A stretch of 39,842 nt of DNA from Thermoproteus sp. (GTDB lineage: Archaea; Thermoproteota; Thermoprotei; Thermoproteales; Thermoproteaceae), in assembly GCA_049976425.1 (NCBI GenBank), contig JBMFIG010000014.1:1-39842 (forward strand), in the 5' to 3' direction. The notes under the pieces were generated by a model. The model was not told where the DNA came from and ran no database searches. It saw nothing but the letters and a program-made list of their open reading frames with translations. The position numbers and the translations under genes were made by a program. The stretch's first letter is position 1, and each line of letters begins with the position of its first letter. Shown here one piece after another: positions 1 to 8,195 of this stretch.

Positions 1-204
1 GCGAGCTCAGATCGGTGTCCGAGGCCGTCCGGCATCTAGTCCTCAAAGGCGTAGCCGAAAACCTCCTCCTTTTTCCCTCTACCCCCTCCCTAGGCCGCCT
101 CCAGCACGCCCGCATCCCCGCGGGATTGGACCAGCCGGAGTTGAAATATGGACTGCCTCGAGATCTCTTCTAAGTAAATACGACAGTGATAATTTGGAAA
201 AGAA

Positions 205-285
205 TAACGGGGGCCGGACGCCTAAGATCCACCCCGTGTCCCGGGTTCGAAAGGGGCGTCCCCGAACGTCCCGGCCGGGGCTCCA
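205..285 (+). tRNA. Orphan tRNA 3' half (probably tRNA-Thr, U73) with a T-loop intron at 59/60 (252-268) and a probable variable-loop intron at 45/46 (215-237); the 5' half is absent
   Basis: Removing 252-268 at a perfect bulge-helix-bulge (ggg-TTCG-aa|a...CGAA-cg|t-ccc) gives CCGGG-TTCGAAT-CCCGG-CCGGGGC-T-CCA, i.e. T-arm, acceptor 3' strand, discriminator and CCA. Also removing 215-237 gives TAA-CGGGG-GCGTC (positions 36-48). No GCCCCGG 5' exon is present in 1-204. Confidence 0.7.
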
Positions 286-732
286 TCAACTTTCTACTAT
301 GGCTCTGGGCTTTACGGCGTAGCCCCTCCTCAGCGTCAACTCCCTTACGCTGTATAGAAGCCGGCCGACTGCGACGGGCTTTCCCCCCTCGTCGACTACG
401 AAGACCTCGGCGTTGGGCCTTAACTCGCGCGAATGCGACTTGACGAACTTGGCGGGGACGCTACGTCCTTGCGAGACGAACTTGGCAGTCTCCCCGTCGA
501 CGACGACGTACGGGCCCTTCATGTAGGGGGCCGCATCAGCGAGGGGGAGCAGATAGCCGTCGTTGTTCCTGAAGGCGAATATCGGCTTGCCTTCGTAATA
601 TATATATTTTATTCTTTTAGATTTATTGTATTTTATTTCCAGTTTATTTTTATCAATATCTATATTTCTATACCCGTATATATATGTCAAGAGGCCGTAA
701 GCTTGTTCTTCCGGCGTCATGCTTTTAACCAT
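286..732 (-). CDS. PUA-domain RNA-binding protein resembling the C2+PUA C-terminus of archaeosine TGT
   Basis: PUA signature VVVDGETAKFVSQGRSVPAKFV...EVFVVDEGGKPVAVGR, preceded by an IKYIYYEGKPIFAFRNNDGYLLP C2-like segment. Confidence 0.8.
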   Translation of the reverse strand: MVKSMTPEEQAYGLLTYIYGYRNIDIDKNKLEIKYNKSKRIKYIYYEGKPIFAFRNNDGYLLPLADAAPYMKGPYVVVDGETAKFVSQGRSVPAKFVKSHSRELRPNAEVFVVDEGGKPVAVGRLLYSVRELTLRRGYAVKPRAIVES

Positions 733-749
733 GTATCGGATCTGTATTA

Positions 750-1235
750 ATGCTGTATTGCGATATCTGCGGCGCCCCGATAGAGGGGCAACCCTATATA
801 ATAAAACTGGACAACGCGGTCCTCCACGTCTGTAGGCGCTGTGCGGCGTCGTACGGCGCCGTCTCAGCCTCGGCGGCCGCGGAGCCGCAGAGGCGCGCGG
901 CCCCGCCTCCTCCGCCCAGGAGGGCGCCGGCTCCTAAGAGGGCGGCCGATAGGTACGAGGTCGTCGAGGAGTACGCCGAGGTTATAAAGAGGGCGCGGGA
1001 GTCCATGGGGCTCAGCAGGGAAGCGCTGGCGTCTTATATAGGCGTCAAGGAGAGCGTGTTGAGGCGCGTCGAGAGCGGCCAGCTGGTGCCCGACGTCCAG
1101 TTGGCCAGGAAGCTGGAGAAGGCTCTCGGGATCAAGCTGTTGGTGCCGGCCCAGCAGGGCGAAGCCGCAACGGGCGCCCCTGCCAGGAGGGAGCTCACTC
1201 TAGGCGACGTGGCTGAGGTAAGGGATGAGGAATAG
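750..1235 (+). CDS. mbf1: Archaeal multiprotein bridging factor 1 (Zn ribbon + HTH)
   Basis: N-terminal CDICG...VCRRC, HTH IKRARESMGLSREALA...VESGQLVP, C-terminal LTLGD. Confidence 0.92.
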   Translation: MLYCDICGAPIEGQPYIIKLDNAVLHVCRRCAASYGAVSASAAAEPQRRAAPPPPPRRAPAPKRAADRYEVVEEYAEVIKRARESMGLSREALASYIGVKESVLRRVESGQLVPDVQLARKLEKALGIKLLVPAQQGEAATGAPARRELTLGDVAEVRDEE

Positions 1236-2427
1236 GGCCCTTCTGGCGTATGTAGGCCCCAAGGATAGGAGGCTCGGCAGGAGGCTTGCGGAGTTCGAGG
1301 CGTTGGCCGAGGTGGCCGGCTACGAGGTGGCCGGCGTTGTGACGCAGTTCGGCGAGAGGGATTCCCGTTTTTATCTAGGCAGGGGGAAGCTCGACGAGGT
1401 GGCCGGCATGGATTTCGACGTGTTCGTGGCGTACCACGAGCTCACCCCTCTCCAGACGTATAATCTGAGGAGGAGGCTGGGCGTCGAGGTGATGGACAGG
1501 GTGCTCTTGATCCTCAAGATATTCGAGCGGAGGGCCGGCAGCATCGAGTCTAAGTTGCAGATAGAGCTGGCGGCGTTGAGATACCGACTTCCTCTAGTCA
1601 AGGAGTATCTCAGGAGAGCCAAGATGGGCGAGCAGATAGGCTATATGGGCGCCGGCGAGTATGCCGTCGACGCCTACTATAGGCATATGGTGAGCAGAAT
1701 CTCCTACATAAAGAGGAGGCTCGACAAGATGAGGGAGGATAGGGCTAGGCTGATGAGGAGGCGTAGGGACTTCGGCGTGCCCGAGGTCGTGTTGACTGGG
1801 TACACCAGCGTGGGGAAGACCACGCTCTTCAACCGATTGACCGCGGAGCACAAATACGTCGACGGCAGGCCCTTCGCCACGCTGGACACGTACTCGCGCC
1901 GTATAAGCCTGTGGGGGAAGGAGATCGTGCTGACGGATACCATCGGCTTCATAGAGGATCTGCCGCCTGTCTTGATAGAGTCGTTCTACTCCACTCTCCA
2001 GGAGGTCGCCGACGCGGATCTGGTCCTCCTGCTGGCCGACGCGTCGGACGACGAAGAGGAGTTCGCGAGGGAGCTCCAGACGTCTATCGACGTGTTGTCG
2101 ACCATCGGCGTACACAAGGAGCGGGTTCTCCCCGTCTTGAGCAAAGTAGACGCCGTGGGCCTCCCGGAGCTAGTCAGGAAGGCCGCGATCGTCAGGAGGC
2201 ATTTCGCCTTCTTCGCGCCCGTCTCGGCCTTGACGGGCTTCGGCGTCGACACGCTCAAGCTCTTGCTCTTCTGGAAGACGCCGGGCTACGCGATATACGA
2301 GGCGAGGCCTCCCGTCGGGGGGCTCGTGCTGGACGGCAAGTCGTATCTGCCGGTCAAAATAAGCGAGGTTAGGCGTTTCGAGAGCTCGTCTCTTAATTTA
2401 TATACCGAGCTGAGGAGAGTTCTGTGA
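1225..2427 (+). CDS. hflX: GTPase HflX
   Basis: DRVLLILKIF..RA, KLQIELA, G1 GYTSVGKTT, FATLD, DTIGFI, FYSTL. Confidence 0.95.
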   Translation: MRNRALLAYVGPKDRRLGRRLAEFEALAEVAGYEVAGVVTQFGERDSRFYLGRGKLDEVAGMDFDVFVAYHELTPLQTYNLRRRLGVEVMDRVLLILKIFERRAGSIESKLQIELAALRYRLPLVKEYLRRAKMGEQIGYMGAGEYAVDAYYRHMVSRISYIKRRLDKMREDRARLMRRRRDFGVPEVVLTGYTSVGKTTLFNRLTAEHKYVDGRPFATLDTYSRRISLWGKEIVLTDTIGFIEDLPPVLIESFYSTLQEVADADLVLLLADASDDEEEFARELQTSIDVLSTIGVHKERVLPVLSKVDAVGLPELVRKAAIVRRHFAFFAPVSALTGFGVDTLKLLLFWKTPGYAIYEARPPVGGLVLDGKSYLPVKISEVRRFESSSLNLYTELRRVL

Positions 2428-2960
2428 GCGAGGAGAGGCTAAACGCCTACCTCATCATGGTGGAGCGTAGCGTCTCCTTCGAGTTCAACAGCCCCGAATA
2501 CGGCAAGCTCGCCCGAAAGATGGTGGAGATGCTTTATTCCAGGAAGGAGCAGCTCTCGGACGACCGGATAGCTATCTTGATGAACATATCGACCGCCGAG
2601 GCCAGGAGGATACTACAGTTCCTCTCTAAGACGAACATGATAGGGGTCGTCAAGACGACGACTCCGGACTACCGCGTCGAGTACACGTGGTATGTTGACG
2701 ACGTGGTGATAACGAACGCCATAAAGAAGAGGATAGAGCTCGTCTCCGGGAAGCTGGCCCTTTTGGTGCGGGCCCTGGCCGAGGGGACCTACTACGTCTG
2801 CCCGAACTGCCACAGGCGCTACTCGCTCGACGAGGAGCTGGCCTACAACGGCATATGCCCTATATGTAAGGTCCAGCTAATTTATATAAATAATATTGAT
2901 GAAATAAATAGAGTAACTAAAATTCTCGAAAAACTAGAGAGATATGCGGGTAGTATTTAA
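2424..2960 (+). CDS. tfe: Transcription factor E (TFE alpha)
   Basis: N-terminal winged helix (LSDDRIA...ARRIL...YTWY) and Zn ribbon YVCPNC...CPIC. Confidence 0.85.
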   Translation: MSEERLNAYLIMVERSVSFEFNSPEYGKLARKMVEMLYSRKEQLSDDRIAILMNISTAEARRILQFLSKTNMIGVVKTTTPDYRVEYTWYVDDVVITNAIKKRIELVSGKLALLVRALAEGTYYVCPNCHRRYSLDEELAYNGICPICKVQLIYINNIDEINRVTKILEKLERYAGSI

Positions 2961-3645
2961 TATAACCAAGCCGTTTACAAGAGAGATCTTCGTCACGGGC
3001 TTCCACGGCGTAGGGATAGTCGGCCACATAGCGGTTAAGCACCTATCGAGGAACTGCGATGTCGTGGGCTACGTGCGCTACAAGAAGATGCCGCCTGTAA
3101 TCGCCTACGAGGGCGACCGGCTGGCGCTCCAGTCGGAGATATTCTCCTGCGGCAGAGTGGCCGGCGTCGTCAACAACTACGGCCTCGTCGACGAGGCAAT
3201 GTACGACTTCGTCGAGGCGCTCTCCGACTGGGTCGTCAGAAGCGGGTTCAAACTCGCAGTGCTCTTCGGCGGGCTGGACGGCAGATTTAGGCGGGAGCCC
3301 GGCGATCTTTTGAGGGTCGCCTATACGTCGTCCTACATAAAGGCTGGCTATCCTCTCGAGGGCAAGCGGCTGGAGCAAGGCCTGCAGATAGTCGGCCCTC
3401 TAGGGCTTCTCCTGTCCTATTTCGAGATGAGGGGCTTCCCCGCCTTGGTCATCCTGCCCTATGCGGACAAGCCCGCGGATCCCCAGGCGGCCAGCATCGC
3501 CCTCGACCACTTCGGCAAGCTCTTCGACATAAGGATCGACACGGCGGATCTGAGGCAACTAGCCGAGGAGCTGGAGAGAGAGTACGCCGAGGTTAGACGT
3601 CAACTTGAGGAGACTAGGAAGGAGGAGTCGCGGTATTATATATAG
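2944..3645 (+). CDS. PAC2-family proteasome assembly chaperone homolog
   Basis: GFHGVGIVGHIA, FGGLD, IVGPLGLLL, DPQAA; C-terminal YYI resembles an HbYX motif. Confidence 0.85.
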   Translation: MRVVFNITKPFTREIFVTGFHGVGIVGHIAVKHLSRNCDVVGYVRYKKMPPVIAYEGDRLALQSEIFSCGRVAGVVNNYGLVDEAMYDFVEALSDWVVRSGFKLAVLFGGLDGRFRREPGDLLRVAYTSSYIKAGYPLEGKRLEQGLQIVGPLGLLLSYFEMRGFPALVILPYADKPADPQAASIALDHFGKLFDIRIDTADLRQLAEELEREYAEVRRQLEETRKEESRYYI

Positions 3646-5140
3646 CGTTTAAAATATTAATTATTTCATCAATATCATTAACATTAACTATATTTCTTCC
3701 ATTTATATAATAGTTGTAAGTAATTATAAATTTATATTTTTTCGAGATAAACGCAACGTCGTCGTACAAGGCCTCCGAGGCGCCCCAGGATTCGTGTTGG
3801 GAGAGGGGATAAACCTCGGCGACCTCCTCCGGAACTACCCCGAATATATCATCTATGAAATAGATGTGGACGTATTTCCTAAACTTGTCCAATATCTTAT
3901 TTAAATATATATACTCCCACGATTTATTGTACGGCCTGAAATCTACCTTCAACAACACGGCGACGGGCTTATCCGGGCGTTGGTAGTAATGTCTGATCCT
4001 CAACCTGTGCCTATACGGCTCAGGCCTCGAGGCGGACGTGTCACCGAAGAAGAGCAGGCCGCTCGGCTCCGGGTGCGTCACTGGGTCGTACTCCTCCACG
4101 AGCTTCAGGTACTTCCTCATAATCCTCAGCGCGTTGTAAAGCGATCTGTGGGCGCGCGCCTTCTCCTCGAGATATTCCCAAAGCGTCCCCTCGTAGATCC
4201 TCTGCTTGATCTCGAGGATCTCCTCCCTGAGCATGGCCAGGTTGTGCTCAGCTATGAGCTCCGTCCTCTCCATCTTCGGCATCTCTCTAATCTCCTTGAC
4301 GGGCTTATCGCAGAGCTTGGTGCTACAGGGCAGATAGTCCACTCGCACCTCGTCGAGCCTCACTGTCCTGTCCCTCAACATTATCCTGTCGTCTCTGGCG
4401 TACAACACATAGGACGCGCTGTCGAATAGGTCCACGCCTGCGGCGACCGCGAAGGGGAGTATCAACGGGTGGCCCGCGCCGAAGAGGTGCAGAGGCGCCT
4501 CCCTCCTTATGTTCAGCTTGACCCTCAGTACTATGTCTAAGATCTCGTCGAACCGGTACTCCTCCAGAAGCGTGGTGGGACTCCCCACGGCGTATATGTC
4601 GAAGGGCAATGCCGACATGCGCCTGGCGGATCTCGCGAGCAGATCTCCGTAGATCCCGCCTTGTATGGGCCCCACGAGCAACATCCCGCCCAGCTCGCCG
4701 CGCATCTCCGCGGCCCTCAGAGCTCTTCTCAAGGTCTCCTCTACCTTTATCGAGGCCGAAAAGTACGACTCCTCCGAGTCCATCGGGAGGTCCAACATCA
4801 CGCCGATATCGCTCCCTATCTCTGACTGATACCTAAGTATCTCGTCGGGCTCTATGTCTATGACGCCGTACCTCATCAACTGGTAGGCGCCCGAGTCAGT
4901 CATCACTATGCCGCTCCACCCGAGGAACTTCCTCACATCGATAGGCTCTTTAAAAATACTGTATATAAAGTATGAATTAGTTATTATATTTTTAAAATAT
5001 TTATTAATTATACTTAATTTAAGCTCTTGTTTCTTAGGATCAACTACTGGAAATATAGCTGGGGTCTCCAGCACGCCGGATTTGGTGTAGAGCCTCCCAA
5101 CCCTCCCCAGGAGATCCTTCGCCTCTATCTCAAAACTCAT
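3614..5140 (-). CDS. tgtA: Archaeosine tRNA-guanine transglycosylase (catalytic form without PUA)
   Basis: GRVGRL...ETPAIFPV, MTDSGAYQ, GPIQGG, HLFGAGHP, GVDLFDSASY, EHNL. Confidence 0.93.
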   Translation of the reverse strand: MSFEIEAKDLLGRVGRLYTKSGVLETPAIFPVVDPKKQELKLSIINKYFKNIITNSYFIYSIFKEPIDVRKFLGWSGIVMTDSGAYQLMRYGVIDIEPDEILRYQSEIGSDIGVMLDLPMDSEESYFSASIKVEETLRRALRAAEMRGELGGMLLVGPIQGGIYGDLLARSARRMSALPFDIYAVGSPTTLLEEYRFDEILDIVLRVKLNIRREAPLHLFGAGHPLILPFAVAAGVDLFDSASYVLYARDDRIMLRDRTVRLDEVRVDYLPCSTKLCDKPVKEIREMPKMERTELIAEHNLAMLREEILEIKQRIYEGTLWEYLEEKARAHRSLYNALRIMRKYLKLVEEYDPVTHPEPSGLLFFGDTSASRPEPYRHRLRIRHYYQRPDKPVAVLLKVDFRPYNKSWEYIYLNKILDKFRKYVHIYFIDDIFGVVPEEVAEVYPLSQHESWGASEALYDDVAFISKKYKFIITYNYYINGRNIVNVNDIDEIINILNAIYNTATPPS

Positions 5141-5565
5141 TCACCGCGTTGTCTCTTGACAAACTCCTCATAAATCTGCCTAACCCTCTCGGCGAGCGGC
5201 CCCGATCCCTCTATACCTATCTCGCTCACTCTGACCTTATCGCTGATCAACACTATGTTGGACTCCTCGACGTATTTCACCATTCCGGGGAAGAACTTCT
5301 CTGCATATTTGGCAAATGCCCGCAAATCTATTTCTCTTTCAATAGAATTTATATATATTATATATCTAGACATTAATAGTGATTTTGTGTATTTATTTCC
5401 AGATTTTGTTATAACATTTATGAGAATTATATTTAGCTGGCTATCAACTGCGTGTAAGACGCCCCTATATTCCTCGCCGTTGTGGAGACCTACCACCACC
5501 TCCTTCCCCAGCAGATTGTTTATCTCTGCAACGAACCTCTTGTTAGCCTCGGCAAGCACCGACAT
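5137..5565 (-). CDS. Sm-like protein SmAP3 (Lsm + C-terminal domain)
   Basis: Sm1 motif LGKEVVV...YRGVLHAVDSQLNIIL plus a ~60 aa C-terminal extension (VSEIGIEGSGPLAERV). Confidence 0.88.
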   Translation of the reverse strand: MSVLAEANKRFVAEINNLLGKEVVVGLHNGEEYRGVLHAVDSQLNIILINVITKSGNKYTKSLLMSRYIIYINSIEREIDLRAFAKYAEKFFPGMVKYVEESNIVLISDKVRVSEIGIEGSGPLAERVRQIYEEFVKRQRGE

Positions 5566-5727
5566 ATGGAGGCCAATATATTTAGTTTTAAAGCTTTTAT
5601 TCTTATTGATACTTTATATTTTATTGAAATATACTATATAAATAAATTAAATTAACTATATTTTTAATAAATAGTTACCAGAGAAGAAGAGATTAAAACT
5701 TTATATTTTCAGCGATTTCGAGACGCC

Positions 5728-6060
5728 ATGTTGCTGAAAGAAACGGTTAGGGATATAGGGAAGCTGGAAGGCCCGTTGAGCAAGATCTGGCTTGTGGGCG
5801 ATGCAGAGGCCGAATTGGAAATTCCTCTAGATATTTTAAATATAAATTTAAGTAAAAATAATACTTTAATAATAAATATTGATAAAAGTAAAGAACAAGA
5901 TTATAAAACTAAATACGATATCTATATGTGGGGTATTCTATATAATAAAAACAATGATACTACCTATATATCTATTGGCGGTCTAATATTTAAAATAAAG
6001 TTAAATTTGCCATATAATATAGGTGATAAAGTATATATTGGTATCAAGATTAGTTCATAA
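5728..6060 (+). CDS. rpo8: RNA polymerase subunit Rpo8 (RpoG)
   Basis: 110 aa OB-like protein with YIMWGILY and ISIGGL motifs; context next to SmAP3/tgtA. Confidence 0.8.
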   Translation: MLLKETVRDIGKLEGPLSKIWLVGDAEAELEIPLDILNINLSKNNTLIINIDKSKEQDYKTKYDIYMWGILYNKNNDTTYISIGGLIFKIKLNLPYNIGDKVYIGIKISS

Positions 6061-6125
6061 CAACTCTCACGGTCTACTCCTCCCCTATCTATATTAGGCT
6101 TATCATTCCCCCCGGTCGTAACCTC

Positions 6126-6611
6126 GTGATCTGTCCCTACTGCAGATCGCCTAGGATCGTCGTATCGAACGGGGAATATGTGTGCGCTGAATGCGGTAGC
6201 GTTGTGGGGCCCGTCCTCTACGTGCCGCGCCAGAACGTCCAGACCCCCTATGTCATAAGGAAGATCTCTCTCAAGTTCTTGTTGTATAGATTAAATAAAG
6301 AAACAATAATATATTCTAATAAAATAAAATATAAAGAAAAAATAAAACAATATATAGAATTATTAGTTAAAGATCTAGAGGCGCCTATCTATGTCTTAGA
6401 CAGCTCTATCAAGATCTTGGAATCTATAGATAAGAGAAAGATCCAAGGCAAGAACCCGAGAGTTATCGCAGCAACGATATTTTACCTAGTCAGCAATAGG
6501 TATGGTCTTAGTTACGATAAGGAAAATATAGCTAAAAGACTAAATATAAGTAAATTAAGTATTAGGGATACTGCAGTTTATCTAAGAAAGATATGCAAGG
6601 AATTGCGCTGA
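6126..6611 (+). CDS. tfb3: Truncated TFIIB paralog (TFB3-like): Zn ribbon + single cyclin repeat
   Basis: CPYC...GEYVCAECGSVVG ribbon, QGKNPRVIAATIFYL cyclin motif, only 161 aa, located between rpo8 and thermosome. Confidence 0.75.
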   Translation: MICPYCRSPRIVVSNGEYVCAECGSVVGPVLYVPRQNVQTPYVIRKISLKFLLYRLNKETIIYSNKIKYKEKIKQYIELLVKDLEAPIYVLDSSIKILESIDKRKIQGKNPRVIAATIFYLVSNRYGLSYDKENIAKRLNISKLSIRDTAVYLRKICKELR

Positions 6612-7624
6612 TCGGGTTGGTCAGACTGATAGAGCTGGGCTATATAGATGAGAACGACAAGATAGCTAGATATAAAGATGATATAATTAATATAATATCA
6701 AGAATATATTCAAGAAATATAGATAAAACTATTTATTTAAGATATAAACTTTTTTATAAACTAACTAAAGATCGTTCAGCGGCGCTTTACTATCTCACGA
6801 AGTCGCTCAATATAGATAATCTACATAATTTATTAATTAATAAAAATATTGAAGATATTATATTAATTCCTGGAAAATATATATATATAACTACTAAATT
6901 TGGTAAACAAAGAACAGATATATACGCCACAGGCGACCTAGTCGCTAGGTTCCTCTCACTGGCGAGGGCAAAGGGCTATAGGCTTCTCCAGTCCAACCCG
7001 TCCTTTAAGTACGGCCTAGCGCTCGGCCCGTTGCGGCTCAGGATCTCCGTGGACCTTCCTCCTATAGTCTCGGCGCCGCATGTATATATTAGGGTACATA
7101 GGGGCGTTAAAACTCTCGACGATTTGGTCCTAGACGGATTTTTAAATAGGGATCATATTGTGACGATAAGGAGGGAGGTTTTAGCGAATCGCAGAGATCT
7201 CGTAGTCGCGGGGCCTCCAGGTAGTGGGAAAACGACGTTGTTGCAAGCAATAGATCTAGAGCTGCCTCATTGGCTACAGAGGGTATACATAGACGAGGCC
7301 GATGAGTTTATCGATTCGCCTATCCTTAATCAAATAAAGATAAATTCTTTAAATAAATTAAAGGAAATATTTACTTCTATGAATAGAAATATAGATTTAT
7401 TTATAATAGGAGAGCTTCAATATCCAGAACACTTCGAGGCCTATAGATCTGCGCGTAGTATAGGCCTACAGAGCTTCGGCACAATGCACGCAACTGATCT
7501 GGGAAAGGCGAAGAAGAGATTGGCTGAGGCTAATATAGATCTAGAAAATATAGTTATAATACAACTTAAAAAGAAATATGAAAATAAAATTATTAGATAT
7601 ATAGATGAAATATATGTTGGATGA
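6593..7624 (+). CDS. Type II/IV secretion / pilus-type ATPase (VirB11/TadA-like)
   Basis: IEDIIL, LRLRIS...YIRV, Walker A GPPGSGKTT, Asp box IDEADE, Walker B FIIGE, His box TMHA. Confidence 0.85.
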   Translation: MQGIALIGLVRLIELGYIDENDKIARYKDDIINIISRIYSRNIDKTIYLRYKLFYKLTKDRSAALYYLTKSLNIDNLHNLLINKNIEDIILIPGKYIYITTKFGKQRTDIYATGDLVARFLSLARAKGYRLLQSNPSFKYGLALGPLRLRISVDLPPIVSAPHVYIRVHRGVKTLDDLVLDGFLNRDHIVTIRREVLANRRDLVVAGPPGSGKTTLLQAIDLELPHWLQRVYIDEADEFIDSPILNQIKINSLNKLKEIFTSMNRNIDLFIIGELQYPEHFEAYRSARSIGLQSFGTMHATDLGKAKKRLAEANIDLENIVIIQLKKKYENKIIRYIDEIYVG

Positions 7625-8177
7625 GCTAATAAATATAAAAATAAAGAAAGTTCTCGAGAAGGAGTATAACAAGTTCGTCATTGTTAACGGCGCCATACTT
7701 TTACTAGGAATTCTATCGATTGGATTATCTTTCTTTTTATATAATTTAATTTATATATCTTTATTTCTTTTTTTAATTTATCTATTTATGCTATATTTAA
7801 GCTTAATTAGGTTAAGGAATAGAATAAGAGCTCTCGTGAATAGGGCCTTGTCGGTCAAGGAGTTTAAGGAGTATCTCAAGGACGTGCTCGGCGAATATAC
7901 GTATGGCCTAGACTACATAATGTTGTTGGAGGCTGAGGAGGCCCGCGTGTTGTCCGATATCGAGGACGCCGAGGAGAGGAGGATGCGGGCGTCCAGCGGC
8001 CTGTATAGGGCTATGCTGTCCGGGATTAAATCGAGGATCTTAGCATCCTCGCTCGCCGGAGTATCGGCCGGCGTCGTGATGTCGGCAGTAGTCCCTATTG
8101 ATCTGACGATCAAAATAGTGATGTTGGCGATGCTTATAGCGTCGATGTACTATGTATATAGAATTGTTTCTCTATAA
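7605..8177 (+). CDS. Hypothetical membrane protein (about 2+2 TM segments), possible platform partner of the ATPase
   Basis: Hydrophobic pairs near residues 24-68 and 147-190; overlaps the ATPase stop; the start may be 7614. Confidence 0.6.
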   Translation: MKYMLDELINIKIKKVLEKEYNKFVIVNGAILLLGILSIGLSFFLYNLIYISLFLFLIYLFMLYLSLIRLRNRIRALVNRALSVKEFKEYLKDVLGEYTYGLDYIMLLEAEEARVLSDIEDAEERRMRASSGLYRAMLSGIKSRILASSLAGVSAGVVMSAVVPIDLTIKIVMLAMLIASMYYVYRIVSL

Positions 8178-8195
8178 AAGGGGGTTGTTGGGGGC

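Noticed and set aside
23-223. Pairing of CGTCCGGC (26-33) with GCCGGACG (213-220) as a giant tRNA intron
   Set aside because: It is only 8 bp in GC-rich DNA, has no BHB geometry and restores no 5' exon.
208-285. 5S rRNA or complete tRNA on the minus strand (TTTCGAACCCGG)
   Set aside because: The motif is the reverse complement of a T-arm. Flanking 5S features and a full cloverleaf are absent.
186-443. 85-aa ORF
   Set aside because: It overlaps the tRNA fragment and the antisense of the PUA gene, and has an Arg/Pro-rich spurious composition.
5566-5727. AT-rich intergenic region as a replication origin
   Set aside because: No repeated ORB-like boxes and no adjacent orc1/cdc6 or whiP gene. 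It is explained by divergent promoters within the AT-patch domain, though an origin cannot be fully excluded.
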